Shown: positions 1-8,388, numbered from the stretch's first letter. The stretch: DNA of 32,000 nt from Dickeya solani IPO 2222 (GCF_001644705.1 NZ_CP015137.1:930001-962000); one strand, 5' to 3'. The notes: a model not told the origin generated them from the letters alone. Translations and numbers: made by a program.

Positions 1-1
1 T

Positions 2-206
<205 letters not shown>

Positions 207-303
207 CAGCTAAACCTGCACGATTGCGCGACCTGCCGTCTGTTGCATGTCGCGTATTCTTACATCCTCACCGCGTCTTACGGCAGTCCGTGGTTGCCTT
301 CAC

Positions 304-331
304 CGTGTTCCGTGTTCCCTATTCCCTGTTC
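304..331. repeat. Four tandem heptamers: CGTGTTC CGTGTTC CCTATTC CCTGTTC
   Basis: Read directly in the otherwise unassigned region upstream of the catalase gene. Confidence 0.85.
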
Positions 332-641
332 AGGGCATGCCTATTAATTCGATAGAAACAACTGTCATTATCCGTTGTGTCAAAAACGGTAAAGTACCTG
401 CAGTTGCTGTAGGCCTTTGTGACTCTCCAGTAACACCGGTGGTAATCACACCACTGACCATAAGCGAAAAACCGTTGCCCGTCATGATGACAGGTAAACC
501 GCACTCACCAACAGGGTCCCCTTGTTATCAGCGTTCCTGATGGTGAATTTTCTCTGCTTATAGCTTCGAGCAGTGCAATGGACTCACAGCAATAACCAAA
601 CCCTATTGTTGATAATAATCATACGGAAGATGAGGAAAGTT

Positions 642-2189
642 ATGAGCAATCACACCGCTACACATCGTGTCCCCGGCTGGCAAACGCCGCTGGTGATCGT
701 GTCTTCACTGTTGATGGCCTACCCGGCGATGGCCGATATTCTGACTCGCGACAACGGCGCGTCGGTGGGCGATAACCAGAACTCGCAAACCGCCGGTCCC
801 AACGGTCCGGTTCTGTTGCAGGATGTTCAGTTGCTGCAAAAACTGCAACGTTTTGATCGTGAACGCATTCCGGAACGTGTGGTTCACGCCCGCGGCACCG
901 GCGCGCATGGGGAATTCACCGCCACTGAGGATATTTCGGATCTGACCATCGCCGAGGTATTCAAAAAAGGCAGCGAAACACCGGTATTCGTGCGTTTCTC
1001 CAGCGTAGTGCACGGCAATCACTCCCCGGAAACCCTGCGCGACCCGCGCGGTTTCGCCACCAAGTTCTATACCACGCAAGGCAACTGGGATTTAGTCGGC
1101 AACAACTTCCCCACCTTTTTCATCCGCGACGCCATCAAGTTCCCGGACATGGTGCACGCGTTCAAGCCTGACCCTCGCACCAATCAGGATAATGACGGGC
1201 GCCGGTTCGATTTCTTCTCTCACGTTCCGGAATCCATCCGTACCCTGACCCTGCTCTACTCCAACGAAGGTACGCCGGCCAGCTATCGCAACATGGACGG
1301 CAACGGCGTCCATGCCTACAAGTTGGTCAACGCCAAAGGCGAAGTGCATTACGTCAAATTCCACTGGAAAACCCTGCAGGGCTTGAAAAATCTCGACCCG
1401 AAACAGGTAGAGGAAGTTCAGGGCAAGGATTACAGCCACATGACCAACGATCTGGTGGCTGCCATCAACCGCGGCGATTACCCGAAATGGGATCTCTACA
1501 TTCAGGTGCTGACGCCGGAAGATCTGGCTAAGTTCGATTTCAACCCGCTGGACGCCACCAAAATCTGGCCGGGTGTGCCCGAACGTAAAATCGGCCAGAT
1601 GGTGCTGAACAAGAACCCGGACAACTTCTTCCAGGAAACCGAGCAGGTCGCCATGGCGCCGGCAAATCTGGTGCCAGGGATCGAACCGTCTGAAGACCGG
1701 CTGCTGCAAGGCCGTTTGTTCTCCTACGCCGATACCCAGATGTACCGACTGGGCGCTAACGGCCTGAGCCTGCCGATCAATGCCCCGCTGAAAAAAGCCA
1801 ACAACATCAATCAGGATGGCAGCCTGAACAGCGGCCACACGCAAGACAAAGGGGTGAATTACCAGCCGAGCCGTCTGTATCCGCGTGAAGAACTGGCCTC
1901 CGCGCGCTACAGCCAGACGCCGCTCAGCGGCACCACCCAGCAGCGCAAGATCCAGAAGGAGCAGAACTTCAGGCAGACCGGCGAACTGTATCGTTCTTAC
2001 AGCAAGAAAGATCAGGACGATCTGGTGCAAAGCCTGGGTTCCGCGCTGGCGATGGCCGATACCGAAAGCAAAACCATCATGCTTTCCTATTTTTACAAGG
2101 CTGACGCTACCTACGGCACCCGTCTGACCGGCGTCGCCAAAGGCGACCTGAGCAAAGTGCAGTCGCTGGCCAGCAAACTGGCTGACTAA
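642..2189 (+). CDS. Monofunctional heme catalase with N-terminal Sec signal peptide (predicted periplasmic)
   Basis: Track ORF 573-2189. I moved the start to ATG 642, which has GAGGAAAG just upstream. Catalase hallmarks are present: RERIPERVVHARGTGAHG, RDPRGFATKF, and the proximal Tyr region RLFSYADTQMYRLG. The N-terminus MSNHTATHRVPGWQTPLVIVSSLLMAYPAMA/DI looks like a cleavable signal peptide. Confidence 0.93.
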   Translation: MSNHTATHRVPGWQTPLVIVSSLLMAYPAMADILTRDNGASVGDNQNSQTAGPNGPVLLQDVQLLQKLQRFDRERIPERVVHARGTGAHGEFTATEDISDLTIAEVFKKGSETPVFVRFSSVVHGNHSPETLRDPRGFATKFYTTQGNWDLVGNNFPTFFIRDAIKFPDMVHAFKPDPRTNQDNDGRRFDFFSHVPESIRTLTLLYSNEGTPASYRNMDGNGVHAYKLVNAKGEVHYVKFHWKTLQGLKNLDPKQVEEVQGKDYSHMTNDLVAAINRGDYPKWDLYIQVLTPEDLAKFDFNPLDATKIWPGVPERKIGQMVLNKNPDNFFQETEQVAMAPANLVPGIEPSEDRLLQGRLFSYADTQMYRLGANGLSLPINAPLKKANNINQDGSLNSGHTQDKGVNYQPSRLYPREELASARYSQTPLSGTTQQRKIQKEQNFRQTGELYRSYSKKDQDDLVQSLGSALAMADTESKTIMLSYFYKADATYGTRLTGVAKGDLSKVQSLASKLAD

Positions 2190-2197
2190 CTGAACAT

Positions 2198-2225
2198 CGC
2201 CGTCCGGACACTCATCCGGGCGGCG
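2198..2225 (+). other. Intercistronic stem-loop between the catalase and ankyrin genes
   Basis: CGCCGTCCGGA-cactca-TCCGGGCGGCG forms an 11-bp stem (one G-U pair) with a 6-nt loop. No U-tract follows, so it is more likely an mRNA stabiliser or partial attenuator than a full terminator. Confidence 0.5.
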
Positions 2226-2248
2226 CCAACGACCAGGGAACCGTCATC

Positions 2249-2842
2249 ATGAAATCATTTCGTCCCTTTCTCTGCCTGCTGGCGTTGACGCTGGCAACAG
2301 CGCAGGCACAGCAACCCGCAGCGCCGGTCGCCCCACCGGCATCGGTCTCCAGCGCGCCCGCCGCGCCAGCGCTAAACGAACATCAGGTCCAAAACCAGCT
2401 CAATCAGTATTTGTGGGATGCCGCCCGCACCGGCAACGACGCCGTGATCCGGGAGTTCATCAGCGCCGGTTATAACCTCAATACCCGCGATGAAAAGGGC
2501 TACAGCGCGGTCATTCTGGCCGCTTACCACGGTCATTACGACACGGTTTCGCTGCTGCTCGACCACGGCGCAGACCCTTGCCAGCAGGATAATCGCGGCA
2601 ATACCGCGCTGATGGGTGCGGCGTTCAAAGGCGAGTTGAAAATTGCCCATCTGCTGCTGGCGGCCAAATGTAATCCGGATACCCGCAACCACGCCGGGCA
2701 AACCGCCGCGATGTATGCATCATTATTTCAGCGTGCGGAAATTCTCAAGGCGTTACAGGAGCAGGGCGCGGATATGAATGCCACCGACGCGATGGGCAAC
2801 AGTGTGCAGGCGTTGGGAAAAGGGGAAGTAAAAGGGCAATAA
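2249..2842 (+). CDS. ankB: Periplasmic ankyrin-repeat protein (AnkB-like catalase accessory protein)
   Basis: Signal peptide MKSFRPFLCLLALTLATAQA. There are at least three ankyrin repeats (GYSAVILAAYHGHYDTVSLLLDHGADP, GNTALMGAAFKGELKIAHLLLAAKCNP, GQTAAMYASLFQRAEILKALQEQGADMN). It lies immediately downstream of a catalase, as in the P. aeruginosa katB-ankB pair. Confidence 0.85.
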   Translation: MKSFRPFLCLLALTLATAQAQQPAAPVAPPASVSSAPAAPALNEHQVQNQLNQYLWDAARTGNDAVIREFISAGYNLNTRDEKGYSAVILAAYHGHYDTVSLLLDHGADPCQQDNRGNTALMGAAFKGELKIAHLLLAAKCNPDTRNHAGQTAAMYASLFQRAEILKALQEQGADMNATDAMGNSVQALGKGEVKGQ

Positions 2843-2865
2843 CCGAAGTGTGTCACCTAAAATAG

Positions 2866-2904
2866 CACGCCCCGCATGAATCAATAACTTTCAGGCGGGG
2901 CGTG
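2866..2904. terminator. Hairpin between convergent ankB-like and mgtS genes (probable bidirectional terminator)
   Basis: CACGCCCCGC...GCGGGGCGTG forms a 10-bp GC-rich stem, with inner TGAA/TTCA pairs shortening the loop. On the minus strand it is followed by CTATTTT. Confidence 0.5.
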
Positions 2905-2929
2905 TGATATCAGGCTGGGTTAGCATGAT

Positions 2930-3025
2930 TTAGTCATCCCATTTGGGGCTCAGAAAAGCGGCCAGAAATCCTGGAACAACGATAACGGCCAATATCGCTA
3001 AATAAACAGTAACCTGTTCGATCAT
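2930..3025 (-). CDS. mgtS: Small membrane protein MgtS (YneM), 31 aa
   Basis: Not in the ORF track because it is too short. The reverse strand reads GTAGGAGGTTGTT-ATG, then MIEQVTVYLAILAVIVVPGFLAAFLSPKWDD and a stop. The RBS AGGAGG is strong. There is one hydrophobic helix. The C-terminus GFLAAFLSPKWDD matches my recollection of E. coli MgtS (..SGFLAAYFSHKWDD). Confidence 0.8.
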   Translation of the reverse strand: MIEQVTVYLAILAVIVVPGFLAAFLSPKWDD

Positions 3026-3061
3026 AACAACCTCCTACATCTGCATGTAACACGACCTCAT

Positions 3062-3078
3062 GGTTTAACGACGCTTTC
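3062..3078. promoter_or_regulatory. PhoP-box-like direct repeat GGTTTA-acgac-GCTTTC in the mgtS upstream/divergent region
   Basis: It has hexamer-N5-hexamer architecture resembling (T/G)GTTTA-N5-(T/G)GTTTA. A second, weaker candidate on the minus strand is TGTTTG-cttaa-CTTTCG (3121-3105), followed by TAAAAT. Spacing to convincing -10 elements is not ideal. Confidence 0.3.
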
Positions 3079-3094
3079 GCTCACTACACGATGA

Positions 3095-3195
3095 TTTTAT
3101 CGGCCGAAAGTTAAGCAAACATTAATGTCTCGTTTATTGATAAAAAATCAGAGCAGGACGAAAAACCCCAAACGACAGGCTCCCGTTCTCTTTTC
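3095..3195 (+). ncRNA. Candidate MgrR-like sRNA divergent from mgtS (speculative)
   Basis: The position mirrors the E. coli mgtS/mgrR divergent pair. A PhoP-like box lies upstream. An imperfect stem (GAGCAGGACG...CGACAGGCTC) is followed by the U-rich CCGTTCTCTTTTCC about 100 nt downstream. I could not verify any sequence homology. Confidence 0.2.
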
Positions 3196-3850
3196 CCCGC
3201 GTCACATTGGGTTCATTACCGCCAACGCACACCGTCACCCTCACCGTAACCACTTCTTCCAAAAGAAGTTATTAGCACGCAACATCGGCGTTGCTCACCG
3301 ATGAAATTATATGCCTGAATATATATTCAATTGTAATGCAGATTATTGATAATAATAAAAACCTATATTTTTTGTCAGCAACACCATAAAACACGAGAAA
3401 AATGTAATATTTTTCGATCACACCAACCGACAGCCTGTCATTACAAAAAATCAAATAAAAATACCAACCTTAAAAAAATCAGTTATAAGCCAGGATGACA
3501 TACGACTACTAACCTGCCGCATCGGTATTACATGGAGAAGACGGGTGAAAGTCATGATTGCCGGATACAACGGTATGCCCCAGACCACCACCACGGCCCC
3601 CGGGCTGGAGGCACTGATGGTCAGCTGATGGCTGACCGGGTCGCAATCCAGTATGTCGCCCACAGCCACGTCATTATTTTTATCTGCCAGGCGGCGTTAT
3701 TTCCCTGTACGACTTTACTGCCAAAAAAAGCACAACGCCCCGGCTTACACCATATAAATAATTTCTTTATTTTCATAAAATAATTTTCGCTATGAAATTT
3801 ACTTTACAGAATGGTCAGCAATAAAAAATCAAAAAAGAAAGAAAATAACA

Positions 3851-4234
3851 TCAACGGGAGATATTGACCTCCAGCGTCATACGATACTGCTCGTATTCCA
3901 CGTCAAAATCGTTATATTCAACCGTTTTATACGGCTTCAATACGGCCAGCGCCGTACATGCCTGCTCACGCAAAGCGCGGGCTGCCGCTACAGTGTGAGC
4001 ATAGCAATCAACGCTAACGGTAATTTGCTGGCTCGCCAGTTGTTGTGTGCTGTCATAATTATTTTCCTGGCTCAGGGAAAAAAGCACAAATGCGCATTGC
4101 TGATATGGCGAGTGGTATGAGCAACAAGGTACAGCATAGGAATAAACACGACCATCAGCCAGTTTGCCCAGTAGCGGATAAATATCTTCTTCAGTCATTT
4201 CTGTCAGCCTTATTTTAACATACGTATATTGCAA
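3851..4234 (-). CDS. Orphan phage-like protein resembling the DUF3168 tail-completion / head-tail joining family
   Basis: Track ORF of 127 aa; the alternative start ATG 4198 (MTEEDIYPLL) has AAGG upstream. The pattern IYPLL..GRVY...P....(P)..AFVLFSLS...D....Q.ITVSVDCYA.T...ARAL.E....AL fits the DUF3168 profile as I remember it. No other phage genes are nearby. Confidence 0.55.
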   Translation of the reverse strand: MQYTYVKIRLTEMTEEDIYPLLGKLADGRVYSYAVPCCSYHSPYQQCAFVLFSLSQENNYDSTQQLASQQITVSVDCYAHTVAAARALREQACTALAVLKPYKTVEYNDFDVEYEQYRMTLEVNISR

Positions 4235-4794
4235 ACCTGTTTTATCAGCAAAGAGCCTTTGGAAAGGTTAAGCCATGAATAAATCGCTGTGCCGCTTCGA
4301 TAATTATAATAAAGAGGAATCGCCTGATGTTCGCATGGTTCGTGTTGTGCCATCTTCCGGCAATAAACCAAAAAGCAGAATGCCACAAATATCCATATGC
4401 CACCCACAGGGGCGGTAAAAAAATCAGGCCAACGGGAAATACGTGGGTTGTCCACAACACATCTCTCGGAGAGATAAATACCGCGATTTAAAAAAAACAT
4501 GACGCCGCTAGCAGAATACGGCGCTTATCCGCCCAGTACCGAAAAAATGACCTAAAACAATATTTGCGTGGAGTCACAGATCCCCCGCTGACGGCCATTT
4601 TATCCATAAGATCAGCGAATACGCCCTGACCCTCTCCCCGTGGCAAAAACTACTGTTTTGTCATGACGGTTTGACGGAGGAAAATAACGCCGCCTGACGG
4701 GTCCCGAATAAGGCGACAATTCTGAATACCGAATAACACCGTTGTCCCCAAGAACGAAAACCGATAGCCAATGATTACCAGAGAGGACACTTTT

Positions 4795-5751
4795 ATGTGG
4801 AAACGCGTCATTTTAGCTTCAGCTGTGTGTGCGTCCCTGTCATCCGTCGCGCTGGCAGCGCCATTAACGGTGGGGTTTTCTCAAGTCGGTTCGGAATCAG
4901 GCTGGCGCGCGGCTGAAACCACCGTCGCGAAAGAACAGGCGAAAGCGCACGGCATTAACCTGAAAATTGCCGATGCCCAGCAAAAACAGGAAAACCAGAT
5001 CAAGGCGGTGCGCTCCTTCATCGCGCAAGGGGTAGATGCCATTTTCATTGCGCCGGTGGTAGCGACCGGCTGGGAACCGGTGCTGAAAGAAGCCAAAGAA
5101 GCCAAGATTCCGGTGATCCTGCTGGACCGCGGCATTGACGTCAAAGACGACTCGCTCTATCTCACCACCGTACGCGCCGACAATATCAAAGAAGGGGCGT
5201 TGATTGGCGACTGGCTGATTAAAAACGAAAACGGCAAAGCCTGTAATGTGGTTCAACTGGAAGGCACCGTCGGCGCCAGCGTCGCCATTGACCGTAAAAA
5301 AGGATTTGAAGAGGCCATCGCCAAAACGCCGAATATTAAAATCATCCGTTCCCAGTCAGGCGATTTCACCCGAAGCGGCGGTAAGCAGGTAATGGAAAGT
5401 TTTATCAAGTCGGAAAACAACGGTAAAAATATCTGCATGGTCTTCGCCCATAACGACGACATGGTGATTGGCGCCATCCAGGCTATTAAGGAAGCCGGAT
5501 TGAAACCGGGCAAAGATATTCTGACCGGCTCGATTGACGGCGTACCAGATATTTTCCGCGCCATGCTGGCGGGCGAAGCCAATGTCTCGGTCGAACTGAC
5601 GCCGAATATGGCCGGGCCGGCGTTTGATGCGCTGGAAAAATATAAAAAAGATGGCACGTTGCCGCCCAAATTGATTCTGACGCCGTCCACGCTGTTCAAA
5701 CCCGACAGCGCACAGGCCGAGCTCGATAAGAAAAAGAACATGGGATATTGA
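4795..5751 (+). CDS. ytfQ: Galactofuranose ABC transporter periplasmic binding protein YtfQ
   Basis: The start was moved to ATG 4795 (RBS GAGAGGA). MWKRVILASAVCASLSSVALA/APLTVGFSQVGSESGWRAAET... is near-colinear with E. coli YtfQ through to the ...KKKNMGY end. Confidence 0.95.
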   Translation: MWKRVILASAVCASLSSVALAAPLTVGFSQVGSESGWRAAETTVAKEQAKAHGINLKIADAQQKQENQIKAVRSFIAQGVDAIFIAPVVATGWEPVLKEAKEAKIPVILLDRGIDVKDDSLYLTTVRADNIKEGALIGDWLIKNENGKACNVVQLEGTVGASVAIDRKKGFEEAIAKTPNIKIIRSQSGDFTRSGGKQVMESFIKSENNGKNICMVFAHNDDMVIGAIQAIKEAGLKPGKDILTGSIDGVPDIFRAMLAGEANVSVELTPNMAGPAFDALEKYKKDGTLPPKLILTPSTLFKPDSAQAELDKKKNMGY

Positions 5752-5834
5752 CCGTTTATCGTTAGCCCACATCCTGCCATGCCCGTCGTCACCGGTCATG
5801 GCAGGACATCACCGGTTTTGTGAGGGAGAATCGC

Positions 5835-7337
5835 ATGAACGGTTTCGACAATCAGGACATCCTGCGCACGGAAGGGCTGAGCAAACACTTTCCCGGGGTA
5901 AAGGCGCTGGATAAGGTGGACTTCAGCCTACGGCGTGGAGAAATCATGGCGTTGCTGGGGGAAAACGGCGCAGGGAAATCCACGCTGATTAAAACCCTCA
6001 CCGGGGTGTATCAGCGCGATGCGGGCGTTGTCTACCTCGAAGGCCGGCCCATCTCGCCGAAAAACACCGCTCACGCCCAGCAATTAGGGATCGGCACGGT
6101 GTATCAGGAGGTGAACCTGCTGCCCAATCTGTCGGTGGCGGATAACCTGTTCATCGGCCGCGAACCCCGTCGCTTCGGATTGCTGCAACGCAAAGAGATG
6201 GAAAAACGCGCCGCCGCGCTGATGTCCTCCTACGGTTTCGAACTGGATGTCCGCGAACCGCTGAACCGTTTTTCGGTGGCGATGCAGCAAATCGTCGCCA
6301 TCTGCCGCGCGATCGACCTCTCCGCCAAGGTCTTGATCCTCGACGAGCCCACCGCCAGCCTCGACACTCTGGAAGTGGAAATGCTGTTCACCCTGATGCG
6401 TCAGTTGCGCGATCAGGGCGTCAGCCTGATCTTCGTCACGCATTTTCTCGACCAGGTTTATCAGGTGACCGACCGCATCACGGTGCTGCGCAACGGCGCG
6501 TTCGTCGGCACCCGCGACACCGCCTCGCTCCCGCAGATCGAGCTGGTAAAAATGATGCTGGGGCGCGAACTGGAGCAGAACGCGCTGCAACGCGCCGGCC
6601 GCACGCTGCTGAGCGACAAGCCGGTGGTGGAATTCAAAGGCTACGGCAAAAAAGGCGTGATTGCGCCGTTCGAACTGGCGGTGCGACCTGGTGAAATCGT
6701 CGGCCTTGCCGGGCTGCTGGGTTCCGGACGTACGGAAACCGCCGAAGTGATCTTCGGCATCAAACCGGCCGATCGCGGCGAAGCGTTGATCAAAGGCAAG
6801 CCGCAGACGCTGCGCTCGCCGCATCAGGCCTCCTGTCTTGGCATCGGGTTTTGCCCGGAAGATCGCAAAACCGACGGCATCATCGCCGCCGCCTCGGTGC
6901 AGGAAAATATTATTCTGGCGCTGCAAGCCCAGCGTGGCTGGCTACGCCCAATCCCCCGCAAGGAACAGCAGGCCATCGCCGAACGGTTCATCCGCCAGCT
7001 TGGCATTCGCACGCCGAGCGCCGATCAACCCATCGAATTGCTGTCCGGCGGCAATCAGCAAAAGGTGCTGTTGTCGCGCTGGCTGCTGACCAAGCCACAA
7101 TTCCTGATCCTCGATGAACCGACGCGCGGCATCGACGTCGGCGCGCATGCCGAGATCATCCGGCTGATCGAAAGCCTGTGCGCCAACGGTCTGGCGCTGC
7201 TGGTGATCTCTTCTGAACTGGAGGAACTGGTGGGGTACGCCGACCGGGTGCTGATTATGCGCGACCGGCAGCAGGTGGCGGAAATCCCGCTCGACCGACT
7301 GTCCGTTTCCGCCATCATGAATGCCATTGCGGCATAA
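5835..7337 (+). CDS. ytfR: Galactofuranose ABC transporter ATP-binding protein YtfR (duplicated ABC domains)
   Basis: Start at ATG 5835 (RBS GAGGGAG). Walker A GENGAGKST is present. High similarity to E. coli YtfR runs to the shared C-terminus AIMNAIAA. Confidence 0.95.
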   Translation: MNGFDNQDILRTEGLSKHFPGVKALDKVDFSLRRGEIMALLGENGAGKSTLIKTLTGVYQRDAGVVYLEGRPISPKNTAHAQQLGIGTVYQEVNLLPNLSVADNLFIGREPRRFGLLQRKEMEKRAAALMSSYGFELDVREPLNRFSVAMQQIVAICRAIDLSAKVLILDEPTASLDTLEVEMLFTLMRQLRDQGVSLIFVTHFLDQVYQVTDRITVLRNGAFVGTRDTASLPQIELVKMMLGRELEQNALQRAGRTLLSDKPVVEFKGYGKKGVIAPFELAVRPGEIVGLAGLLGSGRTETAEVIFGIKPADRGEALIKGKPQTLRSPHQASCLGIGFCPEDRKTDGIIAAASVQENIILALQAQRGWLRPIPRKEQQAIAERFIRQLGIRTPSADQPIELLSGGNQQKVLLSRWLLTKPQFLILDEPTRGIDVGAHAEIIRLIESLCANGLALLVISSELEELVGYADRVLIMRDRQQVAEIPLDRLSVSAIMNAIAA

Positions 7338-7350
7338 GGAGGACAGGGTG

Positions 7351-8388
7351 ATGCTTCGCTCACAGCTCAAACCGGGCTCCGACAAACGTCCGTTTCGCTG
7401 GCCGTCGTTACGGTTGCCGCAAGGTATGCCGCAGATCGTCGCGCTGGCGCTGGTACTGCTGGTGGACAGCCTGGTCGCCAGCCACTTTTTCCAGATTGTG
7501 GTGCAGGACGGCCGCCTGTTCGGCAGCCCGATCGATATCCTCAACCGGGCGGCGCCGGTGGCGCTGCTGGCTATCGGCATGACGCTGGTGATCGCCACCG
7601 GCGGCATCGACCTGTCGGTCGGCGCCATCATGGCGATCGCCGGCGCGGTGGCCGCATCGCTCACCGTACAGGGCTACAGTCTGCCGGTGGTACTGCTGGC
7701 AGCGCTCGGCGTCGGCATGCTGGCCGGGCTGTGGAACGGTATTCTGGTCGCTATTCTGAAGATCCAGCCGTTCGTCGCCACCCTGATCCTGATGGTGGCT
7801 GGCCGCGGCATCGCCCAGTTGATCACCGCCGGGCAGATCGTCACCTTCAACTCGCCGCCGCTGGCGTGGCTCGGCAGCGGCGCGTTGTTGTGGTTCCCGA
7901 CGCCGGTGATCATCGCGCTGGTCACGCTGCTGCTGTTCTGGCTACTGGTGCGCCGAACCGCGCTGGGGTTGTTCATCGAATCGGTGGGGATCAACATCCG
8001 GGCGGCGAAAAACGCCGGGGTCAGCACCCGCGCCATGGTCACGATGACGTACATGCTGAGCGGGCTGTGCGCCGCCATCGCCGGGGTGATCGTCACCGCC
8101 GATATCCGCGGCGCCGATGCCAACAACGCCGGCCTGTGGCTGGAGCTGGACGCCATCCTCGCGGTGGTGATCGGCGGCGGCTCGCTGATGGGCGGGCGCT
8201 TCAATCTGGCGCTCTCGGTGGTGGGCGCGCTGATCATTCAGGGTATGAACACCGGTATTCTGCTGTCCGGCTTTCCGCCGGAACTCAATCAGGTGGTGAA
8301 AGCCATCGTGGTGTTATGCGTGCTGATCGTCCAGTCACCGCGCTTCATGACCTTGCTACGAGGAGTTGGCCATCATGATAAAGCGTAA
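7351..8388 (+). CDS. ytfT: Galactofuranose ABC transporter permease YtfT
   Basis: Start at ATG 7351 (RBS AAGGAGGA, overlapping the ytfR stop at 7335-7337). It is a polytopic membrane protein colinear with E. coli YtfT. Confidence 0.93.
   Translation: MLRSQLKPGSDKRPFRWPSLRLPQGMPQIVALALVLLVDSLVASHFFQIVVQDGRLFGSPIDILNRAAPVALLAIGMTLVIATGGIDLSVGAIMAIAGAVAASLTVQGYSLPVVLLAALGVGMLAGLWNGILVAILKIQPFVATLILMVAGRGIAQLITAGQIVTFNSPPLAWLGSGALLWFPTPVIIALVTLLLFWLLVRRTALGLFIESVGINIRAAKNAGVSTRAMVTMTYMLSGLCAAIAGVIVTADIRGADANNAGLWLELDAILAVVIGGGSLMGGRFNLALSVVGALIIQGMNTGILLSGFPPELNQVVKAIVVLCVLIVQSPRFMTLLRGVGHHDKA

Noticed and set aside
247-540. A 97-aa + strand ORF upstream of the catalase gene
   Set aside because: It has no RBS and an odd Pro/Ser/Thr/Val-rich composition with no recognisable motif, and the opposite strand carries an equally implausible ORF. 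I treat the region as non-coding or regulatory and list it as a finding instead.
3207-3275. A Thr/Val-rich mini-ORF (..THTVTLTVTTSSKRSY) over a hexamer-like repeat CACCGT CACCCT CACCGT AACCAC, followed by the hairpin ACTTCTT-ccaa-AAGAAGT; it resembles an amino-acid attenuator leader
   Set aside because: There is no ATG (only a TTG), no RBS and no downstream biosynthetic operon, and the hairpin is a weak AT-rich stem. It is most likely coincidental.
3272-3669. Two adjacent minus-strand ORFs (72 aa and 60 aa) with a 4-nt TTGA overlap in the AT-rich island, which could be read as a coupled small-gene pair
   Set aside because: Both need non-ATG starts (GTG and TTG) and lack RBSs. The 60-aa ORF is what an AT-rich stretch yields by chance. 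I kept only the note about the GC-rich patch.
4563-4578. A possible CRP site (TTTGC-gtggag-TCACA) upstream of ytfQ
   Set aside because: Only one good half-site is present, and it lies about 215 bp from the start codon. The evidence is too weak to report as a feature.
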